NCBI GenBank assembly: GCA_963718045.1
Contig: OY970350.1
Location: 210,001 to 242,000, forward strand
Origin: Candidatus Saccharimonadota bacterium
Lineage (GTDB): Bacteria; Patescibacteriota; Saccharimonadia; Saccharimonadales; UBA4665
Direction: 5' to 3'
DNA length: 32,000 nt
Positions 16,872 through 26,198 of this stretch are shown here, piece after piece. The notes beneath the pieces are model-generated. The model saw nothing but the letters and a program-made list of their open reading frames with translations, made no database searches and was not told the origin of the DNA. Positions within the stretch are counted from its first letter, which is position 1. Each line of letters opens with the position of its first letter. A program made the position numbers and the translations under genes.

Positions 16872-18230
16872 TCATTCTTCTTTAGTCGGCGAGTATCCGT
16901 GACGGTGTGCGACGTGTTTTTCAAGAAACCAAAATTCAATTGGAGTGCCAGTAAAATCATAGCGTTTCCTGAAACTGTTCTCTAGATAACGACGGTAGCT
17001 GAAATGAATGAACTTAGTATTTGAGCCGAATACCTTAAATGACGGCACTGGATTATCTGATTCCTGGGTTATGTAGTTAAGCTTAGGATTTCGGTTTTTA
17101 AGACCAGTCGGCGGTAAGTTGGCCGTTGTTTCTGCCAGCCATCTGTTAAGTTCACTGGTAGATATTCTTTTATCTCGGTTCTTCTCAATTTCAAGGGTCA
17201 GGTCAAATATCTTGGTAACGTTTTGGCCGGTTATGGAACTAACGAATATTAGTGGTGCCCAAGGTACAAAGTCATAGTTACTTACTATTTCTTGAGCTAG
17301 TTCGTCCCTGGTATAAGGTGTCTTATCTTCGACTATATCCCATTTAGTGACAACAAGTATTAAACCTTTGCCAGCATCTTTAACAAGGCCGGCGAGTTTA
17401 AGATCTACACCAACATTTAGTTCTTGGGCGTCCATTACCAGCAGACAAACATCGGCCTGTTCAATAGCAGCAATGGCTCTTAGCACACTAAAATGTTCAA
17501 CTCCTGTGCCTATCTTGCCCGGCCTTCTAATGCCGGCCGTATCCATAAGCTGGATTTCTTTAGAGTGATATTTAATGGTTGCCCGGTTTACATCCCTGGT
17601 TGTACCGGCACGATCAGATACAAGGGCTTGCTGTTTCTTAGCTAGCGAGTTAAATAGAAGAGACTTGCCGACATTAGGCCGGCCAATTATGGCTACCGCC
17701 AAGGCGTTAGTCTTTGGTTTTGCTTTCGGTAAATGCGGAACTGAGATTGTTATTTTATCTAGTAGCTCATCAATGCCTTTATTTTGGGTAGCAGATACTG
17801 TCACATAAGTACTAATTCCTACTTTGTTAATATGATCGACATCTTTGTCTTTTGCCTTATCTATCTTATTAATGACTAGTATTACTGGTTTTTTGCTCCT
17901 TAAGGCGATATCTGCCAGTTTCCTGTCGTCGCCGTTTATCGGCACATCAGCTTCGACTACGACCAATATTATGTCGGCACTCTCAGCAGCCATAAATATT
18001 TGTTCTTGGATGGTGAACTCAAATTCATCCTCCGGATCTTTAAGTCCGGCCGTATCTACAAGCCAGAATTCCTGGTTTTGCCAGTAAGCCTTAGACATCA
18101 AACTATCTCTGGTTGTACCGGGTTCACGGGCTACAATTGCTTCACGGCGATTAAGTATTGAGTTATATAGCGAAGACTTGCCAACGTTAGTCCGGCCAAC
18201 TATAGCTACTATTGGTGTATGGGATGTCAT
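16872..18230 (-). CDS. der: Ribosome-associated GTPase Der (EngA)
   Basis: Two tandem G domains (GRTNVGKSS..DTAG..NKID and GRPNVGKSL..DTAG..TKWD) plus a KH-like C-terminal domain. Confidence 0.9.
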   Translation of the reverse strand: MTSHTPIVAIVGRTNVGKSSLYNSILNRREAIVAREPGTTRDSLMSKAYWQNQEFWLVDTAGLKDPEDEFEFTIQEQIFMAAESADIILVVVEADVPINGDDRKLADIALRSKKPVILVINKIDKAKDKDVDHINKVGISTYVTVSATQNKGIDELLDKITISVPHLPKAKPKTNALAVAIIGRPNVGKSLLFNSLAKKQQALVSDRAGTTRDVNRATIKYHSKEIQLMDTAGIRRPGKIGTGVEHFSVLRAIAAIEQADVCLLVMDAQELNVGVDLKLAGLVKDAGKGLILVVTKWDIVEDKTPYTRDELAQEIVSNYDFVPWAPLIFVSSITGQNVTKIFDLTLEIEKNRDKRISTSELNRWLAETTANLPPTGLKNRNPKLNYITQESDNPVPSFKVFGSNTKFIHFSYRRYLENSFRKRYDFTGTPIEFWFLEKHVAHRHGYSPTKEE

Positions 18231-18910
18231 TAGTTAATTCTATCAGATGATGGTGTAATACTGACTTCTTGGTATTCACCGGGCTTTAAATTACCTAAAC
18301 TAAACTCACCAAAGTTTGTGCGATTAAGACCGGTTACTAAGTAACCAAGAGCTAATAGCGTCCGGCGAATTTGTCGGTTCCGGCCCTCGCTCATAGAAAC
18401 TATTATTTTATTCTCAGACAGTTTTTGGACACTTAATTTACTAATGTAATTCTCTACCTTAACGCCAATGCCTAGTTTTTGGATATCCGATTCTTTAAGC
18501 GGCTTATCTAAAGTGACTTCATATATCTTCTTCTTTTTGAAGCTGGGGTGTGATAGTTCAAATACTAGCTGGCCGTCATTGCTTAGAATTAATAAGCCAG
18601 ATGAATCTTTATCTAAACGTCCAATAGGATTGAGATTCATATATTCTTTAGGCAAAAGTGTATAGATGGTCTCAGAACCCTGCCCTTTGCGGCTGACTAT
18701 ATAGCCAATGGGTTTATTTAGGATAACCGTAGTCTTCTTAACCGGCAAATTTAATAACTCACCATTTAGTGTCACTTTGTCGGTGTCTTCTACTCGATAG
18801 CTTAAACCGGCCGTCATATCGTTAACTTTAACTAAGCCATCAGCAATTAACTTGTCTGCCTGACGGCGGCCAATACCCTTTGCGAGGGCAACGTATCTAT
18901 TAGTTCGCAT
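18230..18910 (-). CDS. Pseudouridine synthase, RsuA/RluB/RluE/RluF family
   Basis: N-terminal S4 domain followed by the catalytic GRLDKDSSGLLILSND and EGRNRQIRR motifs. Overlaps the der start by 1 nt. Confidence 0.85.
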   Translation of the reverse strand: MRTNRYVALAKGIGRRQADKLIADGLVKVNDMTAGLSYRVEDTDKVTLNGELLNLPVKKTTVILNKPIGYIVSRKGQGSETIYTLLPKEYMNLNPIGRLDKDSSGLLILSNDGQLVFELSHPSFKKKKIYEVTLDKPLKESDIQKLGIGVKVENYISKLSVQKLSENKIIVSMSEGRNRQIRRTLLALGYLVTGLNRTNFGEFSLGNLKPGEYQEVSITPSSDRIN

Positions 18911-18918
18911 TTATATAT

Positions 18919-20100
18919 TTATAAGGCAATATTGCTAGGGTCGAAAGTGTTCGGGTTTGATTCTGTCGGTGCTTGGCTAGTTGGAGCCTGATCTTTAGGC
19001 TCAGAATTGACTGCTGGGGCCGGTTCGCCAGACGGCTGGTCGGTTAATGATGAGGTAGCCATTTCCATGGCTGCTTCTTTATCTAATAATTCTTTAATAT
19101 CTGGCTTCTTTTCTTCACCGGACAGTGGTTCAATTACCTTTTTGCCTACTGGATTAGGTGAGTATTCTGCCGGCTTGTCCTGTAGAGGATTTGACATTGA
19201 ACTTAATTCTCCGGATGGTTGAGGTAACGAAACGTTTGCCGCCCCGTTAGAGTTAGAATTATTCATAATGCTGTCTATCTGCGAGCTAACGTTCTTCTCT
19301 TCTTGCTTAGCGGGTTCTGCTAGTTTCAAATCAGCAGGATTATTTACCGGACTAGCTGAGGGTTCTTGGGCTGTCTCTGTGCTTAATGGTTCAGTTGCTG
19401 GCGCAGCGGCCGTATCATTTACCGGCGGCGTACTTACTGGAGTAGGAACTGAGTCGTTTGGCTCTGAAGCTAGACTATTTTGAACGGCTGGTCCATCTGG
19501 GTCAGTTGCATTAAGGGCGGTAACAATCGGGCTAGTAGGAGGATTGCTAGGTTCAGTAGTTGGAGCCGGCAATGGAGACGGAGCTGCCATAGGAGAGACT
19601 GATGAAGCTGGCGAAGCCGAAGGATCTGCTAAGGGCATGGTTGATGGTGCTGGAGCTGCCTGAGGAGTTAAAGCAGCAGAAGTGGTAGGAACTGCAGACG
19701 GTGTGCTAGGCATGGTTACATCAGCTTGTGTCCCGGGGTTCATGAGTTCATTGGCTACATTAACAATGTCTTCCAGTGTAACTTGTGATTTAACTAGGTA
19801 TCTATCAGCACCCAGTTTGTCTGCTCTTTGCTGGTCATCGCTTTGGCCAAGAGCGGTTAACATTATTACCTTTACATTCTTTAAACTGTCAGTATTTCTA
19901 AGAATATCTAACATCTCAAAGCCGCTAATCTTGGGCATCATAACATCAGATATAACAAGATCGGGCTTTTCAGACTTAGCAACTACTAACGCTTCTTCGC
20001 CGTCATGGGCGGAAACAATATCATATCCCTCTGCCTTGAAGCGGGCTTCATATATTTCCCTTAAGTTGTTGTCGTCTTCGACTAGTAAAATTTTGGCCAT
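18919..20100 (-). CDS. Response regulator: receiver domain plus a low-complexity PSAT-rich tail of about 270 aa, with no recognisable output domain
   Basis: REC hallmarks: LLVEDD, PDLVISDVMMPKISGFE (phospho-acceptor Asp), MLTALG, YLVKS. The remainder is proline/serine/alanine/threonine-rich. Confidence 0.85.
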   Translation of the reverse strand: MAKILLVEDDNNLREIYEARFKAEGYDIVSAHDGEEALVVAKSEKPDLVISDVMMPKISGFEMLDILRNTDSLKNVKVIMLTALGQSDDQQRADKLGADRYLVKSQVTLEDIVNVANELMNPGTQADVTMPSTPSAVPTTSAALTPQAAPAPSTMPLADPSASPASSVSPMAAPSPLPAPTTEPSNPPTSPIVTALNATDPDGPAVQNSLASEPNDSVPTPVSTPPVNDTAAAPATEPLSTETAQEPSASPVNNPADLKLAEPAKQEEKNVSSQIDSIMNNSNSNGAANVSLPQPSGELSSMSNPLQDKPAEYSPNPVGKKVIEPLSGEEKKPDIKELLDKEAAMEMATSSLTDQPSGEPAPAVNSEPKDQAPTSQAPTESNPNTFDPSNIAL

Positions 20101-20133
20101 AGACTAATTATACTTATGTTTAAAGATATTGTA

Positions 20134-21438
20134 TCACGTTGTATTAATTGTTGGCGCAATAGTATCGCTTTTATGCTCAAGGAGATCGGTGGCTTTTTGA
20201 CTAGATAGTCTTGGTAGGTTTATATAAAAGGTACTGCCTTTTCCTTCTTCACTTTCGACCCATATTCGGCCGGCGTAAAGTTCAACTATCTTGCGGCAGA
20301 TAAAGAGGCCCAGCCCATTGCCGCCGATTGTTCTGGTGGCTGAGTTATCTACCCGGTAAAACTTCTGGAATAGATGAGGAATATCTTCACTGGGTATGCC
20401 TACACCAGTATCTCTTACGTAAAACTGAACTACTTGGTCATCGCCGGTGATGCCAACAGTAATCTTACCGGAACTCGTGAATTTAACAGCGTTATCGAAA
20501 AGATTGGTCACGACTTCTCTCAGCCTGTCTGGGTCAACGTAGACATAGTATAGGGGTGCAACTTGGTGCTCATCTGATTGCGGTAAGGCTGTTTTAACAG
20601 CCGAGGCAGTACCAATAATAAACTCATTACTTAATCCATGTTTATCTGAGGCAAACTTAAGATCCTCAGTCAGCTTCTTTAAGAATTCAGCTAGTTCGAC
20701 TACCTCTGGATGACTTACCAGACGGCCATCTTCAGCTTTAGCACTGGTCAATAGGTCTTGGAAAAGTGTGCCCAGGTGCCTAGTTGCGGCCTCTGCCTTC
20801 TCAATATAGTCTCTGGCCCTGTCATCAATGGTAGCTACCTTATTATTGAGAGATAAGGCTAGGTACCCTTCTATGGCAGCAACCGGAGTTCTCATCTCGT
20901 GAGAGGCAGTGCTAATAAAATCTGCTAATCTGCTCTCCTGCTCCTTTTCATCGGTTATATTTCTGATAAGAGCGACTGCACCAGTAACCGTACCGCTATC
21001 ATCCTTGAGCGGTGATATGCTTAAGCCAACAGCAGTCTTTTTGTCTTCACGGTTGATAAGGTCCATTGAGTTATCTTTCATTGACTGGCCATTTCCAAGG
21101 ACTTTATTAAATGGATACTTCTGGCCTGAATATATATTGCCCTGAGGATCCGTTAACTTAACGACCACTTCAATATTAATACCGATGGTATCTTCGACGT
21201 TCCAGCCGGTTATTGTTCCAGCTGACGTATTACATAGAACAATAGTTCCTTTAGAGTCGATTAATATTAAGCCATCTTCTATCGAACCAAAGATGGTCGC
21301 AAGTTGTGCGGTATTTCCTCCCAGGGTCTTTGTTTTTGAATTGGTGTTAGGCTTTTTCTTTTTGAGTATATAAAACCTGGCGAGTATCCCCACCGCGACA
21401 AGAATCACAAGAATTACTATATATATTAAATAGCGCAT
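20134..21438 (-). CDS. Sensor histidine kinase (TM, PAS, HisKA, HATPase_c)
   Basis: N-terminal TM segment, a PAS-like segment, H-box STASHEMRTPVAAIEGY, N-box NLFDNAVKF, and G-boxes DTGVGI and GGNGLGLFICRKIV. Confidence 0.85.
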   Translation of the reverse strand: MRYLIYIVILVILVAVGILARFYILKKKKPNTNSKTKTLGGNTAQLATIFGSIEDGLILIDSKGTIVLCNTSAGTITGWNVEDTIGINIEVVVKLTDPQGNIYSGQKYPFNKVLGNGQSMKDNSMDLINREDKKTAVGLSISPLKDDSGTVTGAVALIRNITDEKEQESRLADFISTASHEMRTPVAAIEGYLALSLNNKVATIDDRARDYIEKAEAATRHLGTLFQDLLTSAKAEDGRLVSHPEVVELAEFLKKLTEDLKFASDKHGLSNEFIIGTASAVKTALPQSDEHQVAPLYYVYVDPDRLREVVTNLFDNAVKFTSSGKITVGITGDDQVVQFYVRDTGVGIPSEDIPHLFQKFYRVDNSATRTIGGNGLGLFICRKIVELYAGRIWVESEEGKGSTFYINLPRLSSQKATDLLEHKSDTIAPTINTT

Positions 21439-21454
21439 ATGCTTATTAAACTAT

Positions 21455-21483
21455 ATTATCCCTGTTTATTTATTCATATGCAA
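21455..21483 (-). promoter_or_regulatory. Candidate promoter of the kinase/regulator operon
   Basis: On the - strand: TTGCAT (21483-21478), a 17-nt spacer, then GATAAT (21460-21455), about 17 nt upstream of the ATG at 21438. Confidence 0.35.
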
Positions 21484-21488
21484 TCTAG

Positions 21489-21517
21489 TTGATAAGAGAT
21501 AATTAATGTATTATGTT
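21489..21517 (+). promoter_or_regulatory. Candidate promoter of tRNA-Glu
   Basis: TTGATA (21489-21494), a 17-nt spacer, then TATGTT (21512-21517), 15 nt upstream of the mature tRNA 5' end. Back-to-back with the kinase promoter. Confidence 0.35.
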
Positions 21518-21531
21518 GTCACGAAGAATGT

Positions 21532-21608
21532 GGCCCCTTCGTCTAGCGGTCCAGGACATCTGGTTCTCATCCAGAAAATCGCGAGTTCGAATCTCGCAGG
21601 GGTCACCA
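21532..21608 (+). tRNA. tRNA-Glu (anticodon CUC), CCA encoded
   Basis: Manual cloverleaf: acceptor GGCCCCT/AGGGGTC, D arm GTCT-AGCGGTCCA-GGAC, anticodon stem TCTGG/CCAGA with loop TTCTCAT, T arm GCGAG-TTCGAAT-CTCGC, then ACCA. Confidence 0.9.
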
Positions 21609-21611
21609 AAG

Positions 21612-21872
21612 TCATTTTCTATATACGTCTTTTCGATGCTGAACACGGAGAAGCAATATAACGTTATTCTTTACATCAAAGACTAATCTATAGTGTCCAA
21701 CGCGCCATCGGTAGTCCCCTCCCGAAGTATCAATGAGCCTTTTTGAAAATTGAAGTGGGTCTGGTTGTGCAAGAAAGAATCTTAACTTTTTGACTATGCG
21801 TTTTTGAACAACGAAGTCTAATGATTGCAAGTCCTTTTTAGCTCGACTCTCAATTATTAGGCTGTACTGCAT
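21612..21872 (-). CDS. RelE/ParE-family type II toxin
   Basis: 86 aa. The segment YRWRVGHYRLVFDVKNNVILLLRVQHRKDVY matches the RelE/ParE C-terminal pattern. Lies 2 nt downstream of the antitoxin gene. Confidence 0.8.
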   Translation of the reverse strand: MQYSLIIESRAKKDLQSLDFVVQKRIVKKLRFFLAQPDPLQFSKRLIDTSGGDYRWRVGHYRLVFDVKNNVILLLRVQHRKDVYRK

Positions 21873-21874
21873 TA

Positions 21875-22129
21875 TTAATCAGTCCAGATATCCCCAAAAA
21901 CTTCTTCGGGTGTATACCATTCTTTACTGGCGCGTGCTTCTGCGATACTTTTAATATATTCAGGATCCTGCACGGCCAATAAATCTTCCAAAGTATCTAT
22001 ATCAACTAGAGCTGACTCTACATTCCCACGTCGCTTTACAAGAATGATACTTTTACTATCACGTACTGTGTCAAGTGCTTCTGATAGATTTTTACGCATC
22101 ATCGATGCGTCTATAGTTTTTGTGCTCAC
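21875..22129 (-). CDS. Phd/YefM-family antitoxin
   Basis: 84 aa. The N-terminus (MRKNLSEALDTVRDSKSIILVKRRGNVESALVDIDTLEDL) is Phd/YefM-like. GTG start preceded by AGGAGA. Confidence 0.8.
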   Translation of the reverse strand: MSTKTIDASMMRKNLSEALDTVRDSKSIILVKRRGNVESALVDIDTLEDLLAVQDPEYIKSIAEARASKEWYTPEEVFGDIWTD

Positions 22130-22166
22130 CGTAATCTCCTAACGTAATACTTATAATTACTACCTA

Positions 22167-22196
22167 ATTGTACATTATTAGCAACACTTATGTCAA
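22167..22196 (-). promoter_or_regulatory. Candidate promoter of the toxin-antitoxin operon
   Basis: On the - strand: TTGACA (22196-22191), an 18-nt spacer, then TACAAT (22172-22167), about 35 nt upstream of the GTG start. Confidence 0.45.
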
Positions 22197-22295
22197 GCAC
22201 ATCTGTTATTATATATTCGTTATTGATAAGCTAGACCATTGAATTTCGGCTAACACTTTGTACCACCTGAGTATTTCGGAGCATATAACTACCCA

Positions 22296-22318
22296 ATTCG
22301 AGTAGAATGAGGTCACCA
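22296..22318 (+). repeat. Degenerate direct copy of the tRNA-Glu 3' end (possible att remnant)
   Basis: ATTCGAGTAGAATGAGGTCACCA compared with the tRNA sequence GTTCGAATCTCGCAGGGGTCACCA (21585-21608). They share TTCGA at the left and an exact GGTCACCA at the right, with nearly the same spacing. Confidence 0.35.
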
Positions 22319-22339
22319 GGCCGGGATATTACTTACATC

Positions 22340-23560
22340 TTATTGATATGTTACGTCTGTATCCGAAGTAACTGCCGTAATCCAGACTTCACCAGGGTCA
22401 AGCGGCAAAGGCTGGTTAGATGAATCGGTGAATAAGATTTGGGAAGTATTGGAACTTTTAGTCCACTGGCCTATCGTGACGCCGCCGTCCTGGAAAATAT
22501 AGGCTGTGCCGCTGCCGATTGTCTGATATTCCGAATAATATGCACCAATGCCGTCCAGCGGCCCGTTGCTTTCATCGATGACCATAGCTACAACAACAGG
22601 CACACTAATTTGCTGGTTGGTATCGGCATCTATATCAGGTGACCCGCCATTATCCCTTTCATACGTATTTGCCTTCGGGTTATATGTGTAACTAGGGTTA
22701 TAGTCTGAACTAGCCATAGTCAGGCTGATAGTTGTCGCTGTTGGCTTTTTAAGAGGACTGGCAGCTTTTCTGGGCCAGCCGGTGAATGTTGAGCTTGTAT
22801 ATCCTTTAGACTGTTCAAGCTTGTAAAGTTCAGTCGGTGTGGTATAGACGTTATGCGGAGCTTCACGGCTTGATACCCTTTGGTAATAATTACCGTTATA
22901 AAACTCATCGAGGTCCTTTACTCCCCAGCTGGTAATGTCCGTTAAAGCTTCTGGGCTACCGCCGACGTGGGCATAAGCGGCATCAAAGCCCAGTATCCAG
23001 GATATAAAGTAAGGCCTGGCACTCCTAATTGGGCCAATGCTGGTTGAAGCGTCAGATTGATACAGAGCTACATATCTGGTAATGCCGCCCTCAGCCAAGG
23101 CTTCAAAAACTACGCCTGCTTCACCCAGCCCGGACTGTGGTCTAGCTTCAGTGCTGTTCTCAACCATGACAGCTGTGATGGGTAGATTATTGGTTGCCGG
23201 ACTGACCTGAAGTCCGCTTAGACTTGAAGCGACCGTTACCGGAACAGCAACTTTAGGTTTAACTAAAACTACAGCTGCTTTAGGTTTTGTTTTATGAAAT
23301 ACTGTGTACCCTCCATAGCCAGCGCCGGCTAAAATAACAAGTAAAATAGCCAAACTAATATACGTCCATTTGGTAGGCGGCCAAAGTTTTAATAGTCTTC
23401 TTTTTTTTGGTCTCTCCTCTTCTTTTTTCATAATTTCATGTTGTCTAATAATTGGCGTACCTGTCTTATCTTCGTCTTGCGCCGCTACTTGCTCGGGAGT
23501 TCTAAATTCATTAGATTTTGGATAGTGGAAAGAACGTGCTCTCTTGAACTGATTGTCCAT
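22340..23560 (-). CDS. DUF3048 (YerB-like) membrane-anchored protein
   Basis: One TM segment after a basic N-terminus. The core ITAVMVENSTEARPQSGLGEAGVVFEALAEGGITRYVALY resembles the conserved DUF3048 block of B. subtilis YerB. Confidence 0.7.
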   Translation of the reverse strand: MDNQFKRARSFHYPKSNEFRTPEQVAAQDEDKTGTPIIRQHEIMKKEEERPKKRRLLKLWPPTKWTYISLAILLVILAGAGYGGYTVFHKTKPKAAVVLVKPKVAVPVTVASSLSGLQVSPATNNLPITAVMVENSTEARPQSGLGEAGVVFEALAEGGITRYVALYQSDASTSIGPIRSARPYFISWILGFDAAYAHVGGSPEALTDITSWGVKDLDEFYNGNYYQRVSSREAPHNVYTTPTELYKLEQSKGYTSSTFTGWPRKAASPLKKPTATTISLTMASSDYNPSYTYNPKANTYERDNGGSPDIDADTNQQISVPVVVAMVIDESNGPLDGIGAYYSEYQTIGSGTAYIFQDGGVTIGQWTKSSNTSQILFTDSSNQPLPLDPGEVWITAVTSDTDVTYQ

Positions 23561-23602
23561 TCACCTATTTTAACAGTGCTTAAGATTAAAAACCATCAGG
23601 AC

Positions 23603-25033
23603 TTAAGCGTCTATTTGTTTGTTAAGTCTATTTAATACTTTTTCTTTGCCTAGGACTTCAATAGTTTCAAAAAGACCAGGGCTTGCCGGACTTTCAGTTA
23701 TGGCTATCCTGATTAAACTAAATAAGACAACTGGTTTCTGGTTAGTTTCTTTAAGTAAGTTGTTAAGACGGTTGGTAATGTCTTCAAGGCTGAAGTCGGA
23801 TTGATCTAAGCTGTCCCTGGCTTTAATCAGGAGATCTTTTAGCTGCTCTTTAGGCAAATCTTTAAGAGCTTTATTTTCCCGGATTAATGATTCATCTACT
23901 TCCGGTTCAGTAAAGAAGAACATCGTTAAAGACTTAATTTCTGACAAATATTTCAGCCTGTCTTTAATGGTTGACAATACTTTCTTTAAGTATTCCGCGT
24001 CAAAATTCTTGGCTTCTTCAGGCCAGTAATCCTTGGATCTATTAAACAGTTCATTTAAGTCCATATTTCTAATGTGTGCCCCGTTCATCCAGATCAGCCT
24101 CTGATCATCAAAACGGGCTCCAGAGTGCTGGACTTGGGTCAACTTAAATTTACTAACTAATTCATCAAGGCTGAATATTTCTTGGGTTGAGCCGTCATTC
24201 CAGCCTAGACTGGCCATAAAGTTAATAAGGGCTTCAGGTAAATAACCTTCGCTTATATACTCTAGGATATCTTTGGCACCGTCTCTTTTAGATAGCTTTC
24301 TTTTCCCATCAGGGGCCAGTACGGCTGGTACGGTTGCCAGCAGTGGTCTTGGAATATCTAAGGCTTCATAGAGATTGAGATATTTGGGGACACTGGCTAA
24401 GAATTCCTGGCCGCGGATAACATGGCTTATCTCCATTAGTAAATCGTCAATAATGTGGGCGAAATTGTATGTTGGGTAGCCATCACTCTTTATTAATATG
24501 AAATCATCTACGGCGTCGGCTTTAGCGCTTAAGTCTCCCATGATTTCATCATGCCAAGAATAATCTTTAGGCTCGGACAAAAATCTAAGCGGGCGGGTAT
24601 GATCCCATTCCGTATTCGTTTCTGGCCTATAATCTCTATATAGGTATGGTTTTTTAGCCGCCTTAGCTTGGTCTCTAAATTTCTCTACTTCTTCTTCTGA
24701 ATACGGATCAACATATGCCCTTTTTAGGCTAAGCAGTTTTTCACCCCACTCTTTATATATATCCAGTCTTTCACTTTGACGGTAAGGGCCAAACGGCCCG
24801 CCGATATCCGGTCCTTCATCGAAGTCTAAACCTAAGGTCTTTAAGGTTTGAATAATGTGCTGTTCGGAGCCTTCAACCTCGCGGTCTTTATCCGTATCCT
24901 CAATACGTAAGATAAATGAACCGCTGCTTTGTCTGGCTACTAACCAGGCAAAAAGGGCTGTTCGGACACCGCCAACATGCATGTATCCGGTTGGACTAGG
25001 TGCAAAGCGAGTTCTTGTTTTCACTGATCTCAA
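23603..25033 (-). CDS. gltX: Glutamyl-tRNA synthetase
   Basis: RFAPSPTGYMHVGGVRTALF (HIGH region) and KLSKRDG (KMSKS region), with class I GluRS length and order. Confidence 0.95.
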   Translation of the reverse strand: MRSVKTRTRFAPSPTGYMHVGGVRTALFAWLVARQSSGSFILRIEDTDKDREVEGSEQHIIQTLKTLGLDFDEGPDIGGPFGPYRQSERLDIYKEWGEKLLSLKRAYVDPYSEEEVEKFRDQAKAAKKPYLYRDYRPETNTEWDHTRPLRFLSEPKDYSWHDEIMGDLSAKADAVDDFILIKSDGYPTYNFAHIIDDLLMEISHVIRGQEFLASVPKYLNLYEALDIPRPLLATVPAVLAPDGKRKLSKRDGAKDILEYISEGYLPEALINFMASLGWNDGSTQEIFSLDELVSKFKLTQVQHSGARFDDQRLIWMNGAHIRNMDLNELFNRSKDYWPEEAKNFDAEYLKKVLSTIKDRLKYLSEIKSLTMFFFTEPEVDESLIRENKALKDLPKEQLKDLLIKARDSLDQSDFSLEDITNRLNNLLKETNQKPVVLFSLIRIAITESPASPGLFETIEVLGKEKVLNRLNKQIDA

Positions 25034-25059
25034 TTATATAGGAGGAAGGCTACCGAAAG

Positions 25060-26034
25060 CTACATGCTATCGGCGATGTCAATGATCTGGTGGTTGCTGA
25101 GAGAGTTATTGTCAGAAACAATATACCAAATACCATTGCTTACCCAGGTGGCGTCCTGGCTGCCGTAAATATAGATTATTTTGCCCTCAGTTTGAATGGT
25201 CTCATAGTTCTCACCTGTTTTTTGAAGGATGTAACTGGTTAAAAGCTGATCGCTGTTTACTGATGATTTGCTTTCACTAATTGAGTAAGTTTGGTTATCT
25301 GAATTGCTCTTAAAACTGGCCTCAATTGCACCTTTGCCTGTACTAATACTGCTCAGAACATAACCTGATGGCTTGATACTCGGTAAGGTTGCTTTAAAGC
25401 CAGCCTTGGAAGAAGCCATATATAGCTCTAATTTGCTAAAATTACTGTTAATAAAGATACCGGCGCCGACTAAACCAACTAAGACTACAGCCAGTAAGGT
25501 CCAGCCTGATACTTTTTTAGCCGTGTGCCATCTACTAACCGGCTTAGATCTAGCTGAGCTGCTTATATCAGCCGGCATGTTGTTAGCGAATACGTTAGCT
25601 ATAGTCGGCCGGTCCATAGTCAGCTCGACTGGCTGGACTGCTTGCGGTTCCTGTTCGGCAACATGTAGAGGCGCAGTGTGTAAATCAGCCGGGGCATCCA
25701 TACTTGGGTACTGCTGCTGCACGGTTTCTGCTGCGTCAGTATTAGCAGGAAAACGGTTAATTAGCGGGCTTCTGTCTGTTAGGCTGTCTGAAACTGAGTA
25801 ATCTCTCTTAGGGGTGTTAATTAGCGGCATCATCTGATTATCCAGAGGGGTAACATTAACTGCAGTGATTTTGGGGGCGGACTGAACTGGCTGTGGTTTA
25901 TGGACAACCGTTCTCATTAATGTTTCCGAGCGGGCTGGTGTTTTTGGCATGGGATTCTTTACCCTACTCGGGACCATAACGTCCATAAAAGTATTTGGCT
26001 GGTGCCATGGTTCAGTTCGTAGTGTATCGTCCAT
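25060..26034 (-). CDS. Bitopic membrane protein; P/Q-rich cytoplasmic half and a C-terminal extracytoplasmic domain (DUF4367-like by recollection)
   Basis: TM segment WTLLAVVLVGLVGAGIFI near residue 180. The C-terminus ends ...ATWVSNGIWYIVSDNNSLSNHQIIDIADSM, a pattern I associate with DUF4367 and anti-sigma-like proteins. The function is not established. Confidence 0.45.
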   Translation of the reverse strand: MDDTLRTEPWHQPNTFMDVMVPSRVKNPMPKTPARSETLMRTVVHKPQPVQSAPKITAVNVTPLDNQMMPLINTPKRDYSVSDSLTDRSPLINRFPANTDAAETVQQQYPSMDAPADLHTAPLHVAEQEPQAVQPVELTMDRPTIANVFANNMPADISSSARSKPVSRWHTAKKVSGWTLLAVVLVGLVGAGIFINSNFSKLELYMASSKAGFKATLPSIKPSGYVLSSISTGKGAIEASFKSNSDNQTYSISESKSSVNSDQLLTSYILQKTGENYETIQTEGKIIYIYGSQDATWVSNGIWYIVSDNNSLSNHQIIDIADSM

Positions 26035-26198
26035 TATTAAACTTTTGTTTTATCCTCTTGATTTATTCACTCACAAATATGGTTATCTTTATTTTAATGC
26101 CACTTGAGATATATGGCAATAGGGAGAATAATAGGTGTTAGTATTCTCCTAGAAAGCTAATATTTCATTCATTTTGTTTCTAAAGCTTAGGTATTTAT

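Noticed and set aside
21499-21521. A dif-like sequence, ATAATTAATGTATTATGTTGTCA, upstream of tRNA-Glu. I also searched for dif-like TTATGT arms inside the 11307-11974 gap.
   Set aside because: Here the ATAA and TTAT half-sites are separated by 8 nt and not the 6-nt XerCD central region, and the sequence doubles as the tRNA promoter spacer and -10 element. In the gap, no candidate had both arms. No dif call is justified.
2791-22233. The hexamer GATAAG recurs in several intergenic regions (2791, 2848, 2892, 11508, 15773, 21491, 22227). I considered it as a possible lineage-specific promoter element.
   Set aside because: A hexamer is expected more than 10 times by chance in this window. The contexts differ: some copies are part of the DnaA-box 11-mer and some overlap TTGATA -35 hexamers. 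Only the 11-mer is statistically notable.
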